Made by a program: the position numbers and the translations under genes. Under the pieces are notes generated by a model. It was not told the DNA's origin. It saw only the letters and a list, made by a program, of their open reading frames with translations, and searched no databases. DNA of 58,984 nt from Pseudothermotoga sp. Lineage in GTDB: Bacteria; Thermotogota; Thermotogae; Thermotogales; DSM-5069. Within the stretch, counting starts at the first letter, position 1; every line of letters begins with the position of its first letter. The stretch lies in the NCBI GenBank assembly GCA_031962025.1, contig JAVRKW010000011.1. One strand, given 5' to 3'. Positions 58,807-58,984 of the stretch are shown piece by piece.

Positions 58807-58984
58807 CTATACCTTGAATTTTTTCACCTGTTCTACCAAAGTTTCTGCAATAGAAGTCAGTTCCTCTGAAGCACTTGATACACTCTGACTTGCATCTGCT
58901 TGCTGTCTTACTGCCTGTGTCATCTCTTGTATCTGCTGGGCAATCATCGTTATGGATTTTGTGGCTGTGTCCATCGCACTGCTC
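58807..58984 (-). CDS. C-terminus of a methyl-accepting chemotaxis protein (truncated)
   Basis: SSAMDTATKSITMIAQQIQEMTQAVRQQADASQSVSSASEELTSIAETLVEQVKKFKV*. Confidence 0.85.
   Translation of the reverse strand, partial: SSAMDTATKSITMIAQQIQEMTQAVRQQADASQSVSSASEELTSIAETLVEQVKKFKV

Noticed and set aside
1..58984. Many short antisense or nested ORFs in the six-frame track; CRISPR arrays; rRNA
   Set aside because: Shadow ORFs of well-supported genes; no array or rRNA signature seen

Overview
Chromosomal window of a Thermotogae bacterium (Pseudothermotoga/Thermotoga-like, inferred from protein style and gene order). Core content: tldD/pmbA, nadE, an AraM/EgsA-type glycerol-1-P dehydrogenase, MarR plus a heterodimeric ABC exporter, a pyrC-K-D-F-E operon with a candidate leader-peptide attenuator, a PepSY/two-component locus, two tandem flagellins next to a TPR-glycosyltransferase-ParB/Srx-methyltransferase fusion, ABC-F, folP, rnhB, rpmB, apt, pgi, coaE, kdd, panC and two tRNAs. 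Main points of interest: (1) an operon for a sugar ABC importer, MtnK, MtnA, an atypical split transketolase, a KDDH-type RuBisCO-like protein and a SorC regulator, which looks like a cupin-less, transketolase-terminated catabolic route for methylthio/deoxy-ribose; (2) a nagZ-murQ-GntR-Opp cluster divergent from an Etf plus D-lactate-dehydrogenase-family operon that could oxidise the lactate MurQ releases; (3) three IS200/IS605 traces: the 3' end of an iscB element, a miniature copy of that element end fused to the etfB start codon (both end at GTTG|ATGAA), and a deleted tnpB element whose junctions (TTGAC|...TCAA|) restore an interrupted ddl-like gene. All calls come from reading the sequence by eye; no searches were run.
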